DNA of 62,898 bases, filler included, from Octopus bimaculoides (taxonomy: Eukaryota): NCBI RefSeq assembly GCF_001194135.2. It is 5 parts of 4 records of this genome, joined end to end, with 100 filler letters (N's around TTAATTAATTAA, not from the genome) between each part and the next. Parts side by side here need not be neighbours in the genome. Positions count along the whole stretch, not along the records: positions 17,348 to 44,539 come from NC_068988.1; 4 more parts are not named here. One strand, written 5' to 3'. Position numbers and translations under genes: made by a program. Under the pieces are notes generated by a model. The model had not been told where the DNA came from. It saw only the letters and a list, made by a program, of their open reading frames with translations, and made no database searches. Positions within the stretch are counted from its first letter, which is position 1, and the number at the start of each line of letters is the position of its first letter. Of the stretch, positions 23,983-34,710 are shown in pieces.

Positions 23983-25926
23983 ATGAAGAAGAAACCGAGT
24001 GATAATCAGGTTCCTAATGAAAGACAAAATGGTAAGAATGATGTCTCTCTTGAAACAAAGAAGATATCTTATGAGTGTGACATATGTGGGAAGGCTTTTA
24101 AAATAAGAAAATATTTAATCCAACATAGATCTATTCATTCAGATTCACATGCGTATGATTGTGAAATCTGTGGTAAAATGTTCGCTTCAAATGATGCTTT
24201 ATCTACACACAAATATATTCATACAGGTGAGGAAGCAGACAATTCTGATGCTTGTGATAAAGCTTTTTCTGACAGTTGTTCATTATCAAAATGTAAACAA
24301 ATTCATGCTGGAGAAAAATCATACCATTGTGATATCTGTGGTAAATCATACACTAAAAAGAATAGTTTATTGTCACACAGACGTATTCACACAGGAGAGA
24401 AACCATACAAATGTGACATTTGTGCTAAAAGCTTCTCTTCAAATTCTTCTTTATCTATACACAAACGTATTCACACAGGAGAGAAACCATATAAGTGTGA
24501 TATCTGTGGCATCTCTTTCACTACTAGCACTTCTTTAATTTTGCACAAACGTATTCACACAGGAGAGAAACCATATCAATGTGATATCTGTGATAAAACA
24601 TTCTCTATTAGTAGTTCATTATCATTGCATAAATTAAATCACACAGGTGAGAAACCATTCCATTGTGATATTTGTGGTAAAGCATTTCCTAAAAATAGCA
24701 GTTTGTTGAAACATAAACGTATTCATACAGGAGAGAAACCATATCACTGTGATATCTGTGGTAAATCATTCACTCAAAGGAGTAATCTTGTGACCCACAG
24801 GTATATTCATACTGGAGAAAATCAATACCAATGTGATACATGTGGTAAAAATTGTTGTTCTAAGCAAAGTCTATTGAGTCATAAACGTATCCATACTGGT
24901 GAGAGACCATATCATTGTGATATTTGTGGTAAATCTTTCTCCAATCGATGTTATTTTCAGTCCCATAAACTTATTCATACAGGAGAAAAACCATATCAGT
25001 GTGATACATGTGGTAAAAAGTTCTCTACAAATCAATATTTATATAATCACAAACGTCTTCACACTGGGGTGAAACGATGCCACTGTAATATTTGTGGTAA
25101 AGCATTCTCTCGAAATAGTCAGTTATTGACTCATAAACGTATTCACACAGGTGAGAAACCATACCATTGTGATATTTGTGGTAAAGAATTCACTTTAAAT
25201 GCTCATCTAACTAAACACAGACGTATTCATACAGGTGAGAAACCATACCACTGTAATGTATGTGGTATGACATTCTCACTAAGTTCTAACTTATTAAATC
25301 ATAAACGAATTCATACAGGGGATAAACCATACCACTGTGATTTCTGTGGTAAAAATTTCTCTTCAAGTGGTCAGCTATCCAGACACAAGCATATTCACAC
25401 AGGAGAAAAACCATACCGCTGTGATATCTGTGGTAAAACTTTTTCTGAAAGGGGCTCTGTATCATCTCATAAAAGAGTACATACTGGAGAAAAGCCATAT
25501 CATTGTGGTATTTGTGGCAAAACATTCACTGCTCGTAATTCATTATCTTTACACCAAAATGTTCACACTGGAGAGAAACCATATCATTGTGATATCTGTG
25601 GCATAAAATTTTCTCAAAATGGCAATTTATTGCGACATAAACGTCTTCACACAGGAGAGAAACCATTTCACTGTGATTTCTGTGAAAAAACATTCACTTA
25701 TAGCACTGATTTAAAAACACATATACGCACTCATACAGGAGAGAAACCGTATCACTGTGATATTTGTGGGAAATCTTTCTCTCAGAATAGTCACCGAGCG
25801 AACCATAAACGTATTCATACAGGTGACAAACCTTATTACTGTGATATTTGTGGTAATGCATTCTCTCAGCAAGGTCATCTTTTAGCCCACAAATGTTTAA
25901 ACAGGAAAGAAACTACATCTATGTAA
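23983..25926 (+). CDS. tandem C2H2 zinc-finger protein, 647 aa (20 canonical fingers, 1 degenerate, 1 incomplete terminal), single coding exon
   Basis: Uninterrupted ORF with CxxC-x12-HxxxH repeats and TGEKP linkers; about 29-aa N-terminus with no recognisable effector domain; in-frame stops just upstream of the ATG. Confidence 0.95.
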   Translation: MKKKPSDNQVPNERQNGKNDVSLETKKISYECDICGKAFKIRKYLIQHRSIHSDSHAYDCEICGKMFASNDALSTHKYIHTGEEADNSDACDKAFSDSCSLSKCKQIHAGEKSYHCDICGKSYTKKNSLLSHRRIHTGEKPYKCDICAKSFSSNSSLSIHKRIHTGEKPYKCDICGISFTTSTSLILHKRIHTGEKPYQCDICDKTFSISSSLSLHKLNHTGEKPFHCDICGKAFPKNSSLLKHKRIHTGEKPYHCDICGKSFTQRSNLVTHRYIHTGENQYQCDTCGKNCCSKQSLLSHKRIHTGERPYHCDICGKSFSNRCYFQSHKLIHTGEKPYQCDTCGKKFSTNQYLYNHKRLHTGVKRCHCNICGKAFSRNSQLLTHKRIHTGEKPYHCDICGKEFTLNAHLTKHRRIHTGEKPYHCNVCGMTFSLSSNLLNHKRIHTGDKPYHCDFCGKNFSSSGQLSRHKHIHTGEKPYRCDICGKTFSERGSVSSHKRVHTGEKPYHCGICGKTFTARNSLSLHQNVHTGEKPYHCDICGIKFSQNGNLLRHKRLHTGEKPFHCDFCEKTFTYSTDLKTHIRTHTGEKPYHCDICGKSFSQNSHRANHKRIHTGDKPYYCDICGNAFSQQGHLLAHKCLNRKETTSM

Positions 25927-26060
25927 TATTTGTAATGAAGCTTTGTCATCTTAATCAATTACACTGGGGAGCATGATGTAAGGGGTAGCTCAATTGTTTT
26001 TCTTTGAAAGCTATTGTGTTATGTCTCAGTAAGATCACAGGCATTGTAAATCACATCTGG

Positions 26061-26385
26061 AATAAAGCTGCTCACCAATACATACCAATCTCTTAACCTT
26101 GGATTTATTGTCATTTTTCTTTTCAACCAAAAGTATTGTGGCTTTTGTTCATCATGTTTGGTTTCATGTCACTTCCACTCAGGCCCTCATGACTTTTTCG
26201 ACTTGCTTTTCATCACACACATTGTCTACCACTACTCTCAGGACCCATACTAACCACTTGTCTCAGTCTTCCTCTTTAAACTGAGAAGTTTTACTAATGC
26301 ATAATGTCTAATGTCACTGTTGTATAATGTTGCTAATTATTTCAAATACTTCTCATGTTTGATGTTGTCAAATGAATATAATAAA
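26061..26385 (+). terminator. candidate polyadenylation signals for the ZNF transcript
   Basis: AATAAA at 26061-26066 and 26380-26385 downstream of the stop codon. Confidence 0.35.
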
Positions 26386-26536
26386 ATATCCAGCTGTAAT
26401 TGTTACCACACTCTCTAAAGTTGTTTCTGTTGTCGTCTACTTGTTCCAGTAAAATTTTTGTGCTATCTTGCACAAAATAGCTTCTAAATCCTGTTTTCTG
26501 ATTGGGTAAAAATAATCAAACTTTAAACCTTTGTAA

Positions 26537-26811
26537 CATCATCATCATCATCATCATTGTTTAACGGCTGCTTTCCTTGCTAGCATGGGTTGGACGATTT
26601 GACTGAGAACTGGCAAGCCAGAAGGCTGCACCAGACTCCAATCTGATCTGGCAGAGTTTCTACAGCTGAATGCCCTTCCTAATGCCAACCACTCTGAGAG
26701 TGTAGTGGGTGCTTTTACGTACCACCGGCACAAGGGCCAGTCATATGGTACTGGCAACGGCCACGCTCAAAATGGTGTTTCTTATGTGCCACCTGCACAG
26801 GAGCCAGTCCC
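26537..26811 (-). mobile_element. RTE-family 3' UTR fragment with (CAT)n tail
   Basis: catcatcat..gtttaac..gctagcatgggttggacg..gtttctacagctgaatgcccttcc, same family as 22860-23043. Confidence 0.8.
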
Positions 26812-27264
26812 CATTTCTCTAAAATTTTATTGGAACAAGTGATTAACAAAATCAGATTCAGCATGAAAATTATATCAATACACCAAATTTAGATGTTTTT
26901 ACTTAATTTTAAAATTTCAAAAATGGCAAAACAAAGGATCCAACAACTTTGAAATAATTAATGATTTCTTTCTTTTCTTTTTTACTTGGAACATAACGAT
27001 AAAAAATGAACATCTTTGTTTTCTTCCAACCTCTTGAAGATTTATATTTATATACAGTTAGAACAATGATATTGCCTTAGTCACGGGCCTCGCTTTGGAC
27101 TTGCTAGAAGTAACAGTCAAAATGAAATGGAAACATGGACTGTCAATAAAAGAAATCAATGTTGAAATAAAACAAATTTTTTTCCAAAAAGTTTACATGT
27201 TTTGTACCTGTAGTACCACTTAAACTTGCAGAACTAATAGTACCACAGCACTATTTATCCTCTC

Positions 27265-27660
27265 ACTCAAGACAGACGTAAGTACTTTCCACTTGTTGAG
27301 GATGGGTTCCATCTAGTGAGCTTACAAATTCAACAGTGTTTCATTGTTGTGTGGCGAAATTTGTAGCCTGGTATCTCAGGAATATGGGAGTATGTGCACC
27401 ACATGTCACTGTAAATAGTTGTTCTCAACAGGATTGATTGCTGAATGCAGTCTGCGAATGTATCATGATTTTGAGGGGACACAGCAATAAGAAAGAAATG
27501 AAAAAACTTGATTTTCGTGACACTGCCGAAAACCCACTGTTCAGGTAGCATTTGAACCCCAGTTGTATTTTCTCCTCGAAAATACAGTTTAGTCGATTTC
27601 AACAATTCTACTGGGACCACCAATCTTAACTGGATTGCAGAGAAAATCTGCACAGATTTC
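27265..27660 (-). mobile_element. Merlin/IS1016 (ISXO2-like DDE) transposase remnant
   Basis: EQWVFGSV..FFLIAV..TTIYSDMWCTYSHI..GYKFRHTTMKH, then in a shifted frame EFVSSLDGTHPQQVESTY, matching the Merlin motifs WVFG, SDxWxAY, HxTVNH and GxHxxxIE. Confidence 0.75.
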
Positions 27661-28003
27661 CTATAAATAAATCTTGTAGTCTACTGTGATAGTGATACCC
27701 ATCCCTCCAGGGGTGGACCCAAGGGGGTGCCTGAGGGGCACATGCCCCCTCAAGAAAAGTGCACTCTTCTAAATAATGTCATTTCACTCTTTTCTCCTTG
27801 AATTGTATTCCCTTCTGACCTTGTGCCTTCCCATTAAAAAATTCATGGAACCGTGCTTGCCCTAATTCCTCCTTAAAAAATCTAACAGTCACCACTTCTT
27901 TCATCCACTGCAGTATGAGTAAATAGCGATACACTGGAGTTTCCCTGACAAAAAACAGTTTCCACTTCTTTAGGAATGAGAACCCAGGTTCGAAATTTCC
28001 CCC

Positions 28004-28050
28004 GAGACACCTGATGAAGGCTGGAGGGCATATCAGCTGAAACGTGTTAA
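28004..28050 (+). ncRNA. degenerate minimal hammerhead ribozyme motif (Penelope-type terminal repeat)
   Basis: CTGATGA (28011-17), A, stem II GGCTG/CAGCT, GAAAC-GT; cleavage triplet and helix I are imperfect. Confidence 0.5.
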
Positions 28051-28146
28051 CAAGAAAAGGACAAATATCCATCAAATGTAAATAATGTACATAATTCCCC
28101 ATCTCTTAAATATAGAGTTGTATATATCTGATAAATTAATAATATA

Positions 28147-29522
28147 TCATCATCATCATCATCATCGTTTAATGTCCGCTTTCCATGCTAGCATGGGTTG
28201 GACGATTTGACTGAGGACTGGTGAAACCAGATGGCTACACCAGGCTCCAATCTGATTTGGCATAGTTTCTACAGCTGGATGCCCTTCCNNNNNNNNNNNN
28301 NNNNNNNNNNNNNNNNNNNNNNNNNNNNNNNNNNNNNNNNNNNNNNNNNNNNNNNNNNNNNNNNNNNNNNNNNNNNNNNNNNNNNNNNNNNNNNNNNNNN
28401 NNNNNNNNNNNNNNNNNNNNNNNNNNNNNNNNNNNNNNNNNNNNNNNNNNNNNNNNNNNNNNNNNNNNNNNNNNNNNNNNNNNNNNNNNNNNNNNNNNNN
28501 NNNNNNNNNNNNNNNNNNNNNNNNNNNNNNNNNNNNNNNNNNNNNNNNNNNNNNNNNNNNNNNNNNNNNNNNNNNNNNNNNNNNNNNNNNNNNNNNNNNN
28601 NNNNNNNNNNNNNNNNNNNNNNNNNNNNNNNNNNNNNNNNNNNNNNNNNNNNNNNACCACTCAGAGAGTGTTGTGGGTGCTTTTACGTGTCACCCGCACG
28701 AAGGCCAGTCAGGCAGTACTGGCAACGGCTACGCTCAAAATGGTGTATTTTATGTGCCACCCGCACAAGAGCCAGTCCAGGGGCACTGGCAACGATCTCA
28801 CTCGAAGGTCCTTACACATGCTGCGGGCACAAGTGCCAGAAAGGCGACGCTGGGCACAGGTGCCATCACGATTTCGATTTTGCTTGCCCCAATAAGTCTT
28901 CGCAAGCTGAGTTTCGTGTCCAATGAGGGAGACGACGTTGGCATGGGTACTAGTCGTCTAATTTCACTCGATTTCGATTTCACTTGCCTCAACAGGTCTT
29001 CGCAAGTGGAAGTTTAGTGTCCAATTTAACTCGATTTCGATTTCACTTGCCTTAACAGGTCTTCGCAAATGGAAGTTTAGTGTCCAATTTACCTCAATTT
29101 CGATTTCACTTGCCTCAACAGGTCTTCGCAAGTGGAGTTTAGTGTCCAATTTAACTCGATTTCGATTTCACTTGCCTCAACAGGACTTCGCAAGTGGAGT
29201 TTAGAGTCCAATGAAGGAAGGAAGGAAGGTACGCATAAGTGGACTGGCTGGGCCTTAGATTTAGGTCTCACTTGGCTAGCCGGGTCTTCTCACGCATAGC
29301 CAATTGGCAGAGTTTCTACAGCTGAATGCCCTTCCTAACGCCAACCACTCAGAGAGTGTAGTGGGTGCTTTTACGTGCCACCGGCACGAAGGCCAGTCAA
29401 GCGGTACTGGCAACGGCCACGCTCAAAATGGTGTATTTTATGTGCCACCCGCACAAGAGCCAATCCAGGGGCACTGGCAACGATTTCTACGAAGGCCAGT
29501 CAGGCGGTACTGGCAACGGCCA
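28147..29522 (-). mobile_element. RTE-family 3' UTR/ORF-end copies in tandem, spanning gaps
   Basis: (CAT)n tail at 28147; ORF end (minus strand: YAVREKTR-like) at about 29270-29300 joined to a second UTR copy. Confidence 0.75.
28968..29213. repeat. 62-63 bp minisatellite, 4 copies
   Basis: cacttgcc(t/tt)aacagg(t/a)cttcgcaa starts at 28981, 29044, 29107 and 29169. Confidence 0.9.
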
Positions 29523-30299
29523 NNNNNNNNNNNNNNNNNNNNNNNNNNNNNNNNNNNNNNNNNNNNNNNNNNNNNNNNNNNNNNNNNNNNNNNNNNNNNN
29601 NNNNNNNNNNNNNNNNNNNNNNNNNNNNNNNNNNNNNNNNNNNNNNNNNNNNNNNNNNNNNNNNNNNNNNNNNNNNNNNNNNNNNNNNNNNNNNNNNNNN
29701 NNNNNNNNNNNNNNNNNNNNNNNNNNNNNNNNNNNNNNNNNNNNNNNNNNNNNNNNNNNNNNNNNNNNNNNNNNNNNNNNNNNNNNNNNNNNNNNNNNNN
29801 NNNNNNNNNNNNNNNNNNNNNNNNNNNNNNNNNNNNNNNNNNNNNNNNNNNNNNNNNNNNNNNNNNNNNNNNNNNNNNNNNNNNNNNNNNNNNNNNNNNN
29901 NNNNNNNNNNNNNNNNNNNNNNNNNNNNNNNNNNNNNNNNNNNNNNNNNNNNNNNNNNNNNNNNNNNNNNNNNNNNNNNNNNNNNNNNNNNNNNNNNNNN
30001 NNNNNNNNNNNNNNNNNNNNNNNNNNNNNNNNNNNNNNNNNNNNNNNNNNNNNNNNNNNNNNNNNNNNNNNNNNNNNNNNNNNNNNNNNNNNNNNNNNNN
30101 NNNNNNNNNNNNNNNNNNNNNNNNNNNNNNNNNNNNNNNNNNNNNNNNNNNNNNNNNNNNNNNNNNNNNNNNNNNNNNNNNNNNNNNNNNNNNNNNNNNN
30201 NNNNNNNNNNNNNNNNNNNNNNNNNNNNNNNNNAATGGATAAAACAAAACAAAAATATTTTTTTAAACCGCTCTGTCCAAAAATCATAAAAGTTCCATT

Positions 30300-30660
30300 C
30301 TTTTTGGAATTTAAAAAAAAAAAAAAATCAGTCTTTAAAATACGGACAGTCCAAATTCTTTGCTTAAATCCCAGCAATGGACCACAGTTGGGTGCACCTC
30401 ATTCTATTAAACGTGTTAATGGGGATAAAAATATTGAAAAGCATCAATACATGTCAAAGTCACAAAAAACGAGGAAGGTACGAAGTGGCCGTGAGATGTG
30501 CTAAAAATAACAGCTACATCGCCCTTAAATCACACACACAAAAAATTGCTTTTGCAGTCATATGAATTCCCGTGTGTACAACAAATTTTGCGAAAATTTT
30601 CTAAAAATTCCTAATAGTAAGAAAGTTATGTGGGGTTATATCGGGCACGATCTAAAATAT
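30300..30660 (-). mobile_element. MITE family E copy (inverted relative to 20930-21580)
   Basis: aaaatacggacagtccaaatt..tattgaaaagcatcaatac..gtgagatgtgctaaaaataacagctac..cttaaatcacac, followed by the TIR tatgaattcccgtg..gttatgtggggttatatc. Confidence 0.6.
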
Positions 30661-31148
30661 TGTCTGATGTCCGTCGGATAAAGTAGAAATTGACCCAGGA
30701 ATATGAATTAATTCTTTTTTAACAAATTCATAAACGTTAAGTTTTGGAAAGGATTCAAGCTATATTTCATAGTTCACTACAAGTCTTTACTTTGTCAGTC
30801 CCGAGATTATGAAAAGTAAAAATAATTTCAGCAAAATATAAACTTAAAATTGAACATCTCCAAAAATTTAAGGATCTAAGGGAAAAAACTCAGTTTGTAT
30901 TATCTAAGAGTTATTTCCCATAGACTATCAAATCAACCCGATTTAACTTGAGTACGTAAGAATTAATATTACACGATTTTTGAGAGTTTATTTAATATTG
31001 TTTCAATTTATGACTAATTTGAGAATATTACCACAGCTTATACAAATAGGGTATGAGCTGCTAATGAATAAAAGCACAATTTAAACATTTGTACATATAC
31101 ATAATCATAAATAAATACATGTATAGAAATATTAATAGTAATAATAAT

Positions 31149-31359
31149 TCTTTTTACTATAGGCATAAGGCCCGAAATTTTGTGGGAGGGGACTAGTCGA
31201 TTACATCGACCCCAGTGCTTCACTGGTACTTAATTTATCGACCTCGAAAGGATGGCAGTTAAAGTCGACTTCAGCAGAATTTGAACGCAGAACGTAACGA
31301 CAAGCGAAATACTGCTAAGCATTCACCCGGCGTGGCAATGATTCTGCAGTTCGCCGCTT
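31149..31359 (-). mobile_element. SINE family A copy flanked by TAA/TAT repeats
   Basis: Full unit in reverse orientation between ataataat and ttattatcatcattatt. Confidence 0.85.
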
Positions 31360-31407
31360 TATTATCATCATTATTATTACTATTATTATTTTATTATTAT
31401 TATTATT

Positions 31408-31449
<42 letters not shown>

Positions 31450-31450
31450 G

Positions 31451-31494
<44 letters not shown>

Positions 31495-31650
31495 CTGGGA
31501 ATGCTTACAACGAGTTTCTCTGCCCTAAGTGTACGGAAAACACTCGTCGAAAAATGGAAGAAAATTTGAAGAAAGAAGAAAAAAAAAAAAAACATAATGA
31601 TAATAATATCGTTCACTAGATAACAATGGCACTCTTCTTTTAATTTTGAC

Positions 31651-31700
<50 letters not shown>

Positions 31701-32250
31701 TGCCCGGATGCAGTACCAGGTAGTGGCTCTCATGGCTTCTGGTCTTAATTGATTGGAAGTGTTATCATGTACATTGTTTTCTCTTTGTATAAAAGATGGG
31801 CTACAGCAAATATTCTGCTTAATACCACAGATTTGCTTGTCAGTTGTTTGACTTTAACCAGTTGAGCATGTCTTTTGGTGGCTGACGATATGTGCATCTC
31901 TGATCATGAGCAGAGGTAGTGGGGGAACATCATAGCCATGTGTTGAGAGGAATTCTTTGGGGTTTGAATAACTCACTTTTGGAAACATGGGTGTTTTGCT
32001 CAACATCCTTAAACAATCTGTATTCAGGGACCTTTTGAGCGGGATGGGCTACTCGACCTGAAGAAAATTCTAACTGGGTACCACCTGCAAGGTCATGCGC
32101 TGTTTATTTTGATATGAGATCACCATGTCGCGCACATATGGTTGTGATGCATGTGCCTAGTGTACCCTTATTAGACGGGTTGTCATGATGGGTATATTTC
32201 ATATATTTTACTCCAGTGTCATTTTGATGGCATGAACTGCTCTCTCACTC
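31701..32250. mobile_element. 550-bp non-coding interspersed element embedded in (TAA)n
   Basis: Higher-GC complex sequence bounded exactly by (TAA)n at 31651-31700 and (AAT)n at 32251-32292; no ORF of 60 aa or more in the track. Confidence 0.6.
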
Positions 32251-32292
<42 letters not shown>

Positions 32293-34700
32293 TACAAGAT
32301 AACATTGTAAGTCAAAGGTTTTGGAGTGACATCAGGCGCAAAGACAAGGATGCTAAATGGTTGCAAGTACTGAAACAAACAGTAGGCTGTCCAAAACAGG
32401 CAAAACTAGTCATTTCAGTTAGGGAAGTGAAGGAAATCTGCAAAAAAATGGGCAACTGGAAGTCCCCGGGATCAGATGGAGTTCAAGGGTACTGAATCAT
32501 AAGATTTGCTGAATGTCATACGCGGATATTTGCACAACTTAACACCTTGTTAAATGCCAACCAAGGAAGACCAGAGGGGTTGACATTGAGTAAGACAGTG
32601 CTGTGCTTGAAAAACATTGAAAAAGGCAATACGGTAGACAATTACAGGCCAATATCCTGCTTGCTACTTATGGGGAAGTTATTGACTGGAATACTCGCAG
32701 GGTCAATGTACGACGGACATCTGGGAAAATAAATGGAGTCCTGCCACATGAGCAGAAATGTTGCAAGCGTAAGTGCAGAAGTACCAAGGATCAACTCCTT
32801 GTAGACAAAACTGTACTTAGAGACTGCAAGAGAAGGAAAACTAACTTAGCCATGTCATGGATCGATTATCGTAAGGCGTATGGTATGATCCCACATTCTT
32901 CGATTATCGAATGTATGAACCTATTTGGTATTGTATCGAATGTTGAGCGATTGCTTGGAAAAAGTATGGCGAATTGGAGGACAGAACTGACAGCATATGG
33001 ATGAAGTTTAGGAACAATAGAAATCAGGAGAGGCATCTTCCAAGGGGACTGCCTGTTCCTACTGATCTTTGTACCGTGCATGATACCACTAACACTGATT
33101 CCGAGGAAAGTAAAGGCTGGGTATGTATTCAAGAGCTACCAACAAAAAGTCAACCATTTGTTATTCATGGATGACCTCAAACATTATGGTAAACATGAAG
33201 CCCAAGCCAGTTCCCTCGTTGATACGGTGTTTACCTTCAGTGCTGATATCAGAATGGAGTTCGGACTGAGAAAGTGTGGTGTATTAGTCTTGAAGAGAGG
33301 CAAAATCAAATGTATGGATGGGCTAGCGATACCGTCGGGGAAGGTTATGAAGCAGATAGAAGAGACGGGCTATAAGTACTTGGGGATATTGGAAATGGAT
33401 AAATCCATGGAGAAAAAAGTGACAGAAAAATTTAAGGTGAAGTACTTGCGCAGACCGAGACTGATCCTTAGGTCGAAATTAAACGGACGGAATAAGATTG
33501 ATGCTATCAACACCTGGGCGGTTTCACTCTTTAGATATGGAGAAGAGGTAATCGCATGGACAGTAGACGAACTAAACAGCTTAGGCAGAAAGATAAGAAA
33601 GTTGCTGACTAGATATGGGACCCTCCACTCAAAAAGTGACACAGAAAGTACCAAGAAAAAGAGGAGGAAGAGGACAGATTGGATGCGAACACAGCATTAG
33701 AGTAGAAAATAACAACATAGCATGGTATGTAAAAAATGTCACAGAACCACTATTATTGGAAGTAAGAAGGTCAGGCTTGTGTAGGATGGAAGATTGCAAA
33801 GATAAAGCACTGTACAAGCACTTGAGAATGAATGAAACTGAAAATAGGTAGATGAAGAAAAGAATGCATGGTCAATTTCATTGGGATTTTGAAGATAAGA
33901 CAGACAGAGAAAAGATGGCTATAGATGACTAAAAGTGATTTAAAACTGAAAACGGAGGCTCTAATTTGTGTTGCCCAAGAGCAAGCACTAAGAACAAATT
34001 ACATCAAATACAGAATAGACAACACATCAGAAAGTGATAAGTGCAGAATCTGTGGACAAAATGGTGAAACCATATGACATATTACCAGTCAATGCACACC
34101 ACTTTCACAAAAAGAATATAAAAGATGTCATGACAATATAGCAAGGATTGTTCATTGGACACTTTGCAACAAGTATGGACTTGACAGAGCAAAAAAGTGG
34201 TACGAACATAAACCCGAAGGCATCATCGAAAATTATAATGCAAATATCCTATAGGATTTTATGATTCGGTGCGACCATGAGATAGAGAATAGGAAGCCAG
34301 ACATAGCGTTAATTGAGAAAGAAAGCAAACGATGCTGGATCATTGATATAGTATTCCCAGTTGACAACAAAGTGTGTGATAAGGAAGAAAGAAAAGTCGA
34401 TAGATATGACAGGATAGCTTGGGAAGTTACGCAGTTGTGGTCGATGGAAAAGGTGATAGTAGTACCAATAATTGTCGGAGCCCTGGGAACAGTGAGTAAA
34501 AATCTTGAGAAGTACATGGAACCAATAGGGGCTGCAATAAGGGTGGAGCACTTGCAGAAAACAGTACTGTTTGGAACCGCTCGTATACCCCGGAAGGTGC
34601 TCGAAAAATAAGAGGTGTTACCTTAGTTCACTGGTAGTGAACAGCTGACACCGTAATACATCTCCAGCGTTAGAAGCTGTGCAAAGACAATGAATAATAA
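32293..34700 (+). mobile_element. R4/Dong-clade non-LTR retrotransposon, 5'-truncated and pseudogenised (RT, CCHC finger, restriction-like endonuclease)
   Basis: [95 protein letters not shown]; multiple stops and frameshifts. Confidence 0.9.
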
Positions 34701-34710
34701 TGATAATGAT

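Noticed and set aside
24149-25606. Alternative-frame and antisense ORFs overlapping the ZNF
   Set aside because: By-products of the periodic finger codons, with no independent domain signal.
28968-29213. CRISPR-like regular repeats
   Set aside because: Contiguous tandem units without unique spacers, in a eukaryotic LINE UTR with no cas genes.
21253-30540. Inverted family E repeats flanking the ZNF coding exon, resembling a gene-capturing (Pack-type) transposon
   Set aside because: The left copy has both of its own TIRs (20930-21580), so these are two independent MITE insertions. No TSD is seen and the family is frequent here.
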